Shown one piece after another: positions 1 through 10,837 of a DNA stretch of 38,708 nucleotides (positions are counted from its first letter, which is position 1; each line of letters opens with the position of its first letter). This DNA is from Spirogloea muscicola (taxonomy: Eukaryota). The notes beneath the pieces are model-generated. The model searched no databases, was not told the origin of the DNA, and saw nothing but the letters and a program-made list of their open reading frames with translations. Location of the stretch: positions 831,289-869,996 of the forward strand of contig WELB01000009.1 in NCBI GenBank assembly GCA_009602725.1. The letters run 5' to 3'. Made by a program: the position numbers and the translations under genes.

Positions 1-3000
1 GTCGCGCCGCCGCCGCCGTCGCCGCCGGGCAGCCCCTCGGCGAGGGGCGGCGCCGATGACGGCACCGCCGCCATCTACAAGGCGGCTCGTCCGTCCGGGT
101 GTGCAGCGGCGGCCACCGCCACTGCCCTTTTTGATTGACACTTATCGGGAATAGCTTCTAGACTAAGAGCGATTGACCTTTCTTACCACTAATTTCCCCT
201 CCTAAGTCCTAAGCCTCCTAAGTAAACCCTTAACCACAGATTTCTAAACCCTAAGCCCTAATCCTAACCGCAATCCTAACCCTGAATCGTTACTCCCAAA
301 CCTAGACTTTATAGTTCATGGCCACAGTGCTCCGAACACAGCATTGTGCTGCTTATATGGCATATCAACTCACAATCAAGCCAATTGCTTATCCCTCACT
401 GAGCCTCTATACCAGAGTCAGATACCATAAGATGTTGGCCCATCGTCCTGATTCTCGACAGGCGGGAGCCGGAGCTGGACGTAGATCTCCCGGCGCTCCT
501 TCCCGTGCTGCGCCCCTACCAGCGGCGGGCTGCGCGCTGGATGGTCGACCGCGAGCGCGGCGCCGCCGGCGCCGCGGCGCCCGATGGGCAGCGCCGGTTG
601 CACCCTCTGTGGACGTCAGTCGCCCCACTTGGCACGGCGCCTGGCGGAGGCGAGGCTGTGTACTACAACCCTTACAGGCAAGCACTAGCTTGTTTAGTAC
701 GTTAAATTCAACTGACTATGAGGTGGTGAGTCAGGGATACTGAATGACAAATTCTGACTGTGATGTGATTTCCTGATTACTTAATTACTGTTATACTTTA
801 CTGATCCTTCTTTCTTGTGTCTCATGTCACGCAGTGGCCAGTTCTCACGGGAGGCGTATGCCGCTCCGGCGCCGGTGCGAGGCGGCATCCTGGCCGATGA
901 GATGGGCCTCGGCAAGACTGTCGAGCTCCTGGCTTGTGTGCTCGCCAACCCTGGTCCTCCCGCGCCGCCATCGGCGACAGCAGCATCGCCATCTGCAAGG
1001 GTGGCCGCAGCCCTGAAGGCCCGACGCGCCGAGGGCGTGGACTGCCCCTGCAGCATTGTAGAGGATGACGGAGCTTACCATGGCACCTGGGTGCAGTGCG
1101 ACCTGTGTGACGTGTGGCAGCACGCCAAGTGTGTTGGATATCGGGCGCCAAAGAAGTCGCGACTTGAGGCCCAGCGTTCGGCTGCAGCAGAGGACGGCGC
1201 CGCTTCGCCTGGCAGCGTGACAGGCAGCGCCGTCACAGAGGCTGCTGCCAGTCGCAGCAACGACGACGGCTGTGCCGACGAGGCGCTGGACGCCGTCGCC
1301 GACGATGCAGCCACGAGTCTGCGGAGCGCGACGAGCAAACGGCGGCGACGCTCTCGTGGGCAATCATCGCTCCAAGCGACCACGACGGCGCAAGGCAGCA
1401 CCAACAGCGGTGGCGACAATGGTGGGGCCGCTTTTGCATGTGGCGAGTGCCAGGAGATCTTGGCTGGCGATGAAGTGGAGGGCGTGTGCCGCGCCACGCT
1501 CATCGTCTGCCCACCCGCCATCCTGCGTCAATGGCAGGACGAAATCTGCCGGTGCGCTGCTGAATGCCCTCCCTGTAGGCAGTGATAATAATTAGGATTC
1601 TGCTTGATGGCCTAACCCTGACAGAAAAGTGCAAGTGTTGACCATTCTTTTCAGCTGATATGTAGACGTCCTAATTGAGCTAATCCTTGAATGAGCTTTT
1701 GGTGGCCAGGCACACACGGCCGGGTGCGCTGCGCGTGGTCACGTATGAGGGCATGAGGGCCGCCGCCTCAGCCTCGGCGGCTCGCAACCGGCAGGCGGCT
1801 GGCGCTGCATCCACGGCAGCAGAGCTGGCGGCCGCCGATATCGTGTTGGCGACGTATGACACGCTGCTGGTGGACCTGTCACACGACGACCGAGAAGGCG
1901 CCTGGGGCTCGCTCGAGAGCGACCGCACACTCCGCAACCGCAAGAGGTCTGCATGCGTGCCGGCCAGTGCATATTCCTGCCAGTCAATTATGTGCATTAG
2001 CGGATATGCCGCTGCCTGATGGCTATCTACGAGTAGCTGTTTAGGCAACCCAAGTCACTCAAATTTAATTATGTTGCGCTGACGTTTAGTCCTTGACCGT
2101 GGCGGCCGCAGGTATCGGGTGCTGCCGACGCCGCTGACGCGGCTGACGTGGCGGCGCGTCTGCCTGGACGAAGCGCAGGTGGTCGAGGGCCCAACGGCAG
2201 GCCGCGCCACCGAGTTGGCGCTGCGCCTGCACGCGGCCGCCCGGTGGTGCATTACCGGCACGCCCGTGCAGCGCAGCTTCGACGACCTCTTTGGCCTCCT
2301 CCGATTCCTGCGTGCCGAGCCATTCGATGAGCGACGCTGGTGGACACGCGTTCTGCTGCGCCCTTACCAGGTGCGTTCGGACCTCACCTCAGATACTGAT
2401 CTGTGTATCCTACCTTGACTGCTCATTTAAAAGCATTAGTAGTACTATTGACAAAAGATGTTACCATCAGTAATTAGTAAAGGCATTCACCAGCCCCTTC
2501 CATGGCAACACGTGCTCTGCTTGTCCAGGACGGGGACCAGCGCGCGGCACAGCTGGCACGAGCGCTCTTTGGGGAGCTCATGTGGCGCACACCCAAGGCC
2601 GATGTTGCCTCCGAGCTGGGGCTGCCGCCGCAGCGGAGCGTCCTGTCGTGCCTGCGCTTCTCCGCGGTCGAGGCGCACTTCTACCGACAGCAGCACGCCG
2701 AGTGTGCGGCAAGGGCCCGCGAAGTCCTGGCCAAGATGGCTCGTCTGAAGGGCGGCGTCAGGGGGAGGAGGCCACAAGTTGGCCAATCGCACGGTCTCAG
2801 GGCCGCCGCAGGTCCTGCACAGGACAACGATGTTCTGCCGGGGAGCGGCGGCAGCGGCAATGGGAATCGGGCGCTGACTGCAACAGAGTGGAGCAAGGTC
2901 TTGGGCCCGCTGCTGCGCCTGCGGCAGGCGTGCTGCCACCCGCAGGTTGGCAGCGCGGGCGTGCGCTCGCTGCAGCCGGGCCGCCCGATGAGCATGGACG

Positions 3001-6000
3001 AGATTCTTGAGGTGCCCGTCACAATCCTGCCCTCTGTCTCGGCGTCCAGGGCTAAGCTAAGGTTCAGCTTTACAGGCGAGACCATGGTCGGCGTTGTGCA
3101 CAACAAACATTGACTGCTCCACATGTTGAGGCCTGTGCGCTTGCTGAGCTGGCCCAGTGAACACGGGCCTCGGGCTCTTGCCCTTTGGAGCATGCCATGC
3201 ACACGTGACTATCTTGCTTCAGTGTTGGGTCATGCCCCAATGGGCATGAGCACTCTCGCTTGTATGTACAGTATCCGGATTTCTAAGAGTCAGGCTGAGG
3301 TTGGGCAAGCCTGTGAGATGCCAATGCAGCCTGATGACAGGTTCCTCATCGCAGTCCTTGTAATCTGGGCAGGTCTTGACGACCAAGGCCAGGCTGGAGG
3401 CCGAGGAGGCGCAGCGCCTGACAGTCGCAGCCCTCAATGGCCTTGCGGCTCTGGCGGTGACCCAAAGCGACCGCGGGGGCGCCGCTGCGCTGTACCGTGA
3501 GGCACTGACAATCGTCGAGGAGAATGCCAGCCAGTTCCGCGCTGACCCCCTGCAGCGGCTCCACACGTTGCACAATCTGGAGGAGGTGCTCGGCGCCCTC
3601 GCTGGCAAGGACGGCAACAACAGTGAGAGTGTGGGGCGCACCCTGCGCGATGACCGGCTGGCTGACCACTGCGCCGAGATCCGGGAGCAGTACGTGGCAC
3701 CATTCCGTGCCAAGCTGGTGGCCGCCCAGCACGCCTTTGACCTCGTCCATAGCCAGGTACTCTTCTTTATCTATTGCTTGTTGCCATTTTTAAAGTTCTT
3801 GAGGAGTTGAATCTAAGAGCACATACAGAGGTGCGAAGGCCGAAATCAGTGCCAAAATAATTAATTATGTGGTTATTGACTGTTTAGAGTAATCTTAATG
3901 GCAAGATGTCTTCATTCTCTTTCCAACATTCTCTCTCATTGGCGTCGTCCTTTGTCCTCAACCGTGCGGCAGCTTAGTCTGGGGGGTTGCTGCAGCTGCC
4001 TAAGGCAAGAGGGCGCTTGCTCGCTCCATCTGTTTACCAGGCGAGGGATGCAGAGGCGGCTTGCGATCAGGAGGAGGCGGGTCAGTCATGGTGGCATGCC
4101 GCGCTGGCGCTGGTCGTGCGGCAGCGACCAGATGGCGGCCGCGAGCTGGTGGACCGGCTCAAGAGCCAGCTGCCGGAGACCGACCATCTTGGAAACTTCT
4201 ACCGCAACGCCTCCACTCTTGCCAACCGGTAAGGAGCTGCTGTCTTCTGTGGGCATGCCACGTGCGAGCTCACGTCTTGCCGCCTTGCCGGTGCCAGCAC
4301 AGGATGTCAGCTGCGCCTTGCTCGTTGGCAGATTCCTGGACGTTGCGGGCCTCCAGCTGGTGCTGCGACGAGAGCTCGACGCGCTGGCAGAGAGCCGTCG
4401 CGCCCTCATGCTCTGCTTGGACGATCTGCGGGCGCGCACGCTGGCAGCGGCACCCAATGATGTGGAGGCCACTGGCCAATGTGGGAGTTGCCATTCTGAA
4501 TTCGCAGGGCCGCCGTGCCCCTTCTGCCGTGCCGATGAGGTCATCCAGGTTAGACCTCCGAGGCGCTTGCCCTTAAACGGTTATTGCTAGATATCAATAA
4601 GGTGAACTGAACACAATAATCGGCTTCTAGTTTATCTAGAGTTGACGCAGTCTCAGTCATGCTTCAACTCAACATGGGGCAGAGACGTGAAGCTCTGACA
4701 TGCCGAGTTGTGCGGCACGCAGCCATATGAGAACCGGCTCTTCTTCCTGAGGACCGAGGCCCGCAGTGCCGGCCAGGTCGCATCAGCCGAGGAGGCAGTC
4801 ATCACGCAGCAGCGGTCGCTTGCCAGGAACCGCCAACTTGTTGCCGGTGTGCCATCAAGAGGCAGGAAGGAGCACCTGGCCTCCTTGCCTGCACCAGACC
4901 CGGCAATGGGACGGGGCATGCGAAATGTCACTGGACAGACAAACGCCGCGCGTGCTCTGGTGCGAATTGAATACATTGAATACATATCCATGTTGCCCCT
5001 CCTTCCTTATGAGGCCTGTTGTTCACCGAGCTTTAATATCAAGGCAGGAAGCAAAGTGCATGTACATTCACTTGAGCTGAAGGTGTGACATATGGAGTGG
5101 GGGCTCAGCTTCCAGGATCAAGGAGCTGCTGTGCAGCTTCAGCTGGTCACGATCAGTTGTAGCCTAGATCATGAAGTGTGGTGAAGTATGATAAGGGCTG
5201 CTGAGCCAAGTCCATGCATGTCTATGCAGGTCACCTGGTCACCCTCGGAGTCGGAGAAGATCCTGCGTATCTTGGTGGCTTACTTGAAGAGCCTGCGCGC
5301 AGACACCCCCAAGGGCCTGCTGGTTGCTGGCAGCAAGCACTTGGAGTACTTTGAGGTCTGCTCATGGCTGTGAAACATACATACGTGCGGATTAGGACGT
5401 GCATTGCTTGCTTCTTTTGCAGGGTTAGCTTGATTGTCACTTGTGACACTTACCTTTTCTTTCTGCACGAATGCTGATTGAGACACCTCATTGAGTCAGC
5501 AAACCGCCTGCTGTTCTCTACTTCGACTTCGTTGTGCTCATAGGCAAGCTCCAGATCAGTGCAGGAAGGCTTTTCCTGGACCCCTTGCATGAGTGGATAC
5601 TAACTGTTGGTCATGGCCGAGGCTGCCAATTACAGACGCTGAGGAAGGAGTTTGCCGAGATTCGGGTACTGGGAAACGCTCAGCGAGGCCTACTCTATGC
5701 GCTCGATGAGCTGAACATGGCCACCACAAGGATCCGCCTGCGGCTGCCGGGCGAGGCAGGCCTGCCACTCACCGAAGCCGAGCAGCGCTTTGTCGTCTCT
5801 CCGGAGGAGGTACCAGGGAGGAACCACGTCCTGACGTCCGACAAGTTCGTGGCGGCAGAGGAGCTGGCCAAAGCCAAGGGCCAGCTGCGGTACCTCAAGG
5901 GCTTGCAGCTGGCCAGGAGGAGAGCGGCGATGAAGAGCGACGATGGCGTCGAGAAGGGAGGAGAGAGCAGCAAGTGCTCCTCCTTGGACGGGATCAGTGA

Positions 6001-8077
6001 TCTGGGTGATGGAGCGGCGGCGGAGGACGCTTGCCCTGTGTGCCACGAGCGGCTAGGACTCGAGTTTGCAGTGCTGCCTTGCGGCCATCTCCTCTGCTGC
6101 AAATGTGAGCTCCCCACGTCCCATCACCATCACCAGCTGCTGCTTTGTGCTGCTCCAGTGATTCTTGGCACACCTAGAGGGCAACTTGACTGGATACCAA
6201 CATGCAACTGAAACAAACTACTTAAGTTCAGGGAAAGACTGCTTTGATATGTATGTAAATTGAATAAACACATTTTGTACTTTGAAGGAGCAGGCACTTT
6301 TGCGCTGGCGGACCGTGCTCCGCCTTACGGGAACGGCCAGAAGCACAATAAGCGCATTCGCTGCCCCAACTGCCGGCGTGGCGCCTTCGTCAGCGACATT
6401 GCGTGCATTGACAACAACAGCAAGGTGGTCAGTGAGCGCATGGACTTAAGTGGCAGTGCTCAGATGCCAGTGGAAGGGAAAGGTCAGAGAAATATGGGAG
6501 GAGACGAGCTTTTGGGTGCAGGTTTGGAGGAGGTTCAGGTTGAAGTTCGTGGCTCCTATGGCACCAAGGTGGGCACTGCTCATGAGGTCCATTAGCACCT
6601 GCCTGCTCGGCCTTTCGCCTGAATATCTCCAGTGCTCCAGCTGCAGTAAGGCAATTACTTTTCTATATGATCAAGTATATGGATATGTATATATTACTAG
6701 ATTGTTTGTTGGAACACCAAGTCAATGCCAAGGGACCAGTCAAGTGCCAAACAAATTTCCTTGTTCCATGCTTGTAAGCCAGAGTGTCTAAGGAGAAGGA
6801 GAAGGTCTAAAATCTGCACGTCATGATGATCATTTTGTGTCACTCAAGGGAGGCCTGTGTGGCTTCTCGCGAACACCCTCAATGGTGTGCATTTGCTGTC
6901 AAATCCAGCTGGAGGCGGTGGTGAGGCGGGTGAAGTGGCTCTTGGCCACAGACCAGGGCGCCAAGGTGCTCATATTTTCAACTTGGCACGAGGTACTGGA
7001 CGTGGTGCAGCACGCGCTGCAGGCCAACACCATCTCGCTTGCCCGTGTTAAGGGCCGCAGGTGAGCCATATCCTACCATGACTACCACAGCCTGACTTTT
7101 ACCCTTGAATGTTTGGGTAAAGAGATGCAGAAACTTATGATGTCAGGGGTTAGTTACTACAAGAAGCCTTGATACCATACATTGGCAACGACTGATAGTC
7201 TGCATGCTAGCTCATACTTAGCTGTGAAACGGCACCTGTCAAGATGTAAATGGGCAGTGCTATCGCAGGGACTTGGACCTAGCCATCAGACATTTCCAGG
7301 GTAAGGGCGGCAACAAGTTGGCAGAGGACAACGGCAGTGGTGGTAGTGCGAGCTGCCTGCTGCTGCCGGTGCAGCAGGGCGCCAATGGGCTCAACCTTGT
7401 GGAGGCACAGCATGTGCTCCTAGTGGAGCCGCTCTTGAACCCTGCAGCAGAGGCTCAGGCCGTGAACCGCGTGCACCGCATTGGCCAGTCCAGGCCCACC
7501 TTTGTCCACCGCTTCATTGTGAGCATTGCTCTTCTGCTGCAACTTCTGATGTTTTAGTAGCATAATCGTCACTCTATACAAAGTGTATGGATGAGTTTTA
7601 TGTCTCTTCTAAGAGTTAAATTAGTATTTGAGGATATTTATACTAGTCTTTGAGGGGGCTAACTCCAACATCCTCTGATTGTGGTAGATTGGCGACACGG
7701 TGGAGGAGCGGATAGAGAGCTTGCGGCGGCGCCGCGAGGCAGACGGCCTGCAGCAGGCGGCGGTGCTCCTCAAGGCCAGCCAGCGCGAGATGGACACGCT
7801 CACGCTGGCCGACGTCAGCGACCTCTTCACGACAGCGCAGTCGGAGGTCAAGCCTTCGGAGGCGCCTCAGGAATCTGCATCAGGGGGGGCAGCTGAGGTT
7901 CCCGGCAACACGTTCAGTAGTCCTCCGCAACAGCGACTCGCTGCGGACTTGGCCACAGCCGCAGACGCCCTCTGGGAGCGGTCGGCAGCCCACATGCGGG
8001 ATGTCATGGCGAGGGCAGCTGAAGCACGCCTTCTTGCCAGCAGTTCTGCCAGGCCTGCTGGGGATGCAGGCGCTTGA
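1..8077 (+). CDS. SHPRH: SHPRH-like SNF2 helicase / PHD / RING E3 ubiquitin ligase, 5'-partial, about 16 exons (approx. 1-98, 462-677, 835-1551, 1710-1946, 2112-2370, 2529-3011, 3373-3756, 4041-4228, 4332-4548, 4723-4959, 5230-5355, 5636-6104, 6294-6568, 6910-7060, 7270-7518, 7688-8077)
   Basis: The spliced translation gives LRPYQRRAARWM, motif I GGILADEMGLGKTVE, a split PHD (VDCPC...WVQCDLCDVWQHAKCVGY...FACGEC), ATLIVCPPAILRQW, motif II CLDEAQ, motif III WCITGTP, LLRLRQACCHPQ, RING CPVC...LPCGHLLCCKC...RCPNCR, SYGTK, KVLIFSTW, GANGLNLVEA and motif VI QAVNRVHRIGQ. Splice boundaries are GT/GC-AG and the phases I checked are consistent. Confidence 0.93.
197..306 (+). repeat. Degenerate telomere-like (CCCTAA/CCTAA) tract with exact telobox AAACCCTAA at 246-254, in the first visible SHPRH intron
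   Basis: cctaagtcctaagcctcctaagtaaacccttaacc...ctaaaccctaagccctaatcctaaccgcaatcctaaccctgaa. Confidence 0.7.
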
Positions 8078-8839
8078 GGTGGCCTGTACTGTCAGTACGA
8101 CACGCCTCATGAATTCGACAACAAATCGAGGATCCACTTGCATCAGCTTCACTGTCTAGGTGTAGGGCTAGGCCCAAGGTTGATTGCATGCTGGGCTCAT
8201 GTGCCCAAGCATTGCCTTACCATGAAGCCCCCTGTGGATCATGCAAAGCTGATTGCTTGTTTTGCTTAACTGAGGAAGGGGCTAGTGTTATCTAGTCAAG
8301 CTCTGTAGAGCTGCACAAGAGCTGCCTACGTTGATCCACTACTTAAAGATCCTTGTTCATATTACATCCACACTGCTCGGGGCTGCCAGCCTATTGTACA
8401 GATTCTGAACACAGTTGCTGCCTTTAATCTTGAAAGTTCAACTGGGCTACTGCACAACAAGATTTGAGCGGGCCCCCAACATGTTATGTAGGTGCACGTT
8501 TGTGGACGCAGCATGTCCATCGCGTTGAGTCGCTGAGCTCAACTTTGACATACTTATGGGAGTGCTGGAACATATGTATGCAGCAATTTGCAATGTCCAG
8601 TGAACAAACGGAACTCGTAACATGCACACGGACAGGGGTGCTATGGGCTACCCGAAGATGCCCTGCCTCATCACAACCGCTGTCATCAAGTGCTGAAGCT
8701 GCTTCAGGCCGCCGCTTTGCCAGCCACGTTGGCATGGTGATTCAGTGGACGGCTGCTGATGGTGGAATTATCTGCTGAATGCTTGACATGGACTGGAAAG
8801 GGGATAGGAGAAATAAATTAGCTATTCAAGAGTAAGGTG

Positions 8840-9290
8840 ATGGCTGTGAGTGGCCAGCCCAAAACGAATGACAAAGTCCGAATAATTGCAAATCGGAGCA
8901 ACTAGAAGGCGGAAAAGCGTCGCCTCTTAAAAGCGGGAGTTAGCAGCTAAGGCGCGGCCTGCCCGCAATTGCACGGCAAAAGAAAGCTGCAGAGAAAATG
9001 GCAAGGCGCATCCTGTACAGCTGAGGGAGCGACTCGATGGCGTGAAGGTGGGCGGGGGGAGAGGACAGGCACAATCAAGTCGGGGCTGAACAAGTTGGAG
9101 GGCCAGCGTCCTTCACCTCGGAGAAGGCTGCTGCAGGCAAGCATTCGGCAGCGGATTCTGATAATGTAAAGGGCGGCTGGGTGTGGACGACAGCCAAGAC
9201 TGGGGTTCCAGAAAAGTGGGGTTAAAGGAAGTGCTCGCCCATGGAGAAGAGTGGCTGGCAAAGCCAGCCCAAAAAGAATGGACAATATCC
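8840..9290 (-). mobile_element. Cluster of degenerate retroelement 3'-end (stem-loop) remnants
   Basis: Minus-strand gactttgtcattcgttttgggctggccactcacagccat (about 8840-8878) and ttgtccattctttttgggctggctttgccagccactcttctccatgggcgagc (about 9233-9285) resemble the 3' UTR stem-loop of the element at 32126-34257 and the insert at 38171-38262. Confidence 0.5.
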
Positions 9291-9760
9291 CAAGCCAAAA
9301 AAAGAGGTGCCTGTGTGTGGGGTTACGTTGCTCTGCGCCAGTTCTGAATTTTTCTTTTTCCTCTAAAGAGGCCACAAACCAACAGGCTCACGACACTGGC
9401 GACTGCCGGCGAGCTGACGGTGGCAGGGTTGCAGGGGCCTCGAAAGTCTGCACCCTGCTGGTGCTGGAAGGAGCTATGCAGCTCAAGAACACCTGTGCGT
9501 AATGAGCTAAGTTAGAGTGATCCTGCGGTCAGGTATGAACATGTGAGTTGTCTCGTAGATGTCAGATGGCTACATTGGCCACCTGCTTGAAAGTTGCTAG
9601 CAAGCTTGAGCCACTGTGCGCAGACTGCATCAATTTCACTTGCCAAGCATCCGCAGGCCGGCCTAGCTGCCGGACGCCTACACTAGTAGTACTCTTGTTT
9701 GTCTATGTGATTGGCATCTCTCTTTTGCAGCAGCCACTTGTAGCCATTCCGCCCTATGCA

Positions 9761-9808
9761 CATATGTTCTATTTGGGGTCCCAACACATGTTATATTTGG
9801 GGTCCCAA
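9761..9808 (+). repeat. 24-bp tandem duplication
   Basis: catatgttctatttggggtcccaa followed directly by cacatgttatatttggggtcccaa. Confidence 0.85.
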
Positions 9809-10837
9809 GTAATACCAAAATATGCTGCATGATGTCAAGCCTCCACCTCACATACCTACGGATTTATTGTTTCCACATACCTTGGAGGGTCATGGCCAAT
9901 GGATCTTGAATGGCCAACTTTATTAACGCGAGTCTTACGCTCTTACATGGGATGGGCCCCAGCTTTCCTCTGGATTGTCTGCAGCCAGCTGCAGCATCAG
10001 CACGAGGATGCCATTCCGGTGCCAACGCACACAAGACGTGATTTCCACCCTTGGCACCTTGACGGTTTTCAGAAGTTTCTGAAGTTCCTACTTTATCTTG
10101 TAACGTATACAGTACATGACTAGTCCAGAATCGATGAGATACAACTTTGACGTCATTGGCAGTCACCGCCAGCAATAGATGCCGACATTCCCATTGTCCA
10201 GCGGGAGAAAGAATCAGTCAAAGACCACAATGAGAGAACATATCTCGAAACTTCACAAGCCGGAGCTTAACACACTTATTCTGAATCAAAGAAGGACGTC
10301 CTCGTATCTGCAATGGCTTATGTCGAGGTGCTCTAATGTCCCCGCAATCACTGGCACATTATATTAGTGTCCTGCGTGTGCAGGGGAGCAACGCTTTGGA
10401 GGCAACAATTGAAGCTGCGCGAGGCTGAGGAAGGCCGAGAGATCCCTGCACAGATCTCAACTACTGCAGTCAGCCCCTCACAAAGCACGCGAAATGGCCC
10501 AACACATTAGCAGGCAGACATGACAGCATACTAGATTGGGTTGACTGAGCTGGCGCTGTCTGGAATGAAGTTTCCACAGGTAAGTTGGGATGAAGGAAGC
10601 AGAGCATGCAGAAGCACTGCGTGCAAACTTCAGGAACAATGTCACCTCATCTGCGCAAGGATCACCTGATTAGAGGAATGCATGCGACCACCAAGTGGCG
10701 CATGGAGAAAGTCCAAAATCAGTCGCAGCCAGTTTCAGTCGCTTCCAGCCCTCAGCCCGCAAAGAAAAGTGTGCAGCAATAAAGAATGGCTTCAAACCCC
10801 TGGTCAAAATTGGCAATGGTCAAACGACGGTGTTTAT

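Noticed and set aside
197..306. True telomere or chromosome end
   Set aside because: The tract is short, degenerate and lies inside a GT-AG intron of a conserved gene.
9253..9276. GC hairpin plus A/T tract as a bacterial intrinsic terminator or Helitron 3' end
   Set aside because: The context is eukaryotic, the T-tract precedes rather than follows the hairpin, and there is no CTRR terminus. It is better explained as a retroelement 3' stem-loop.
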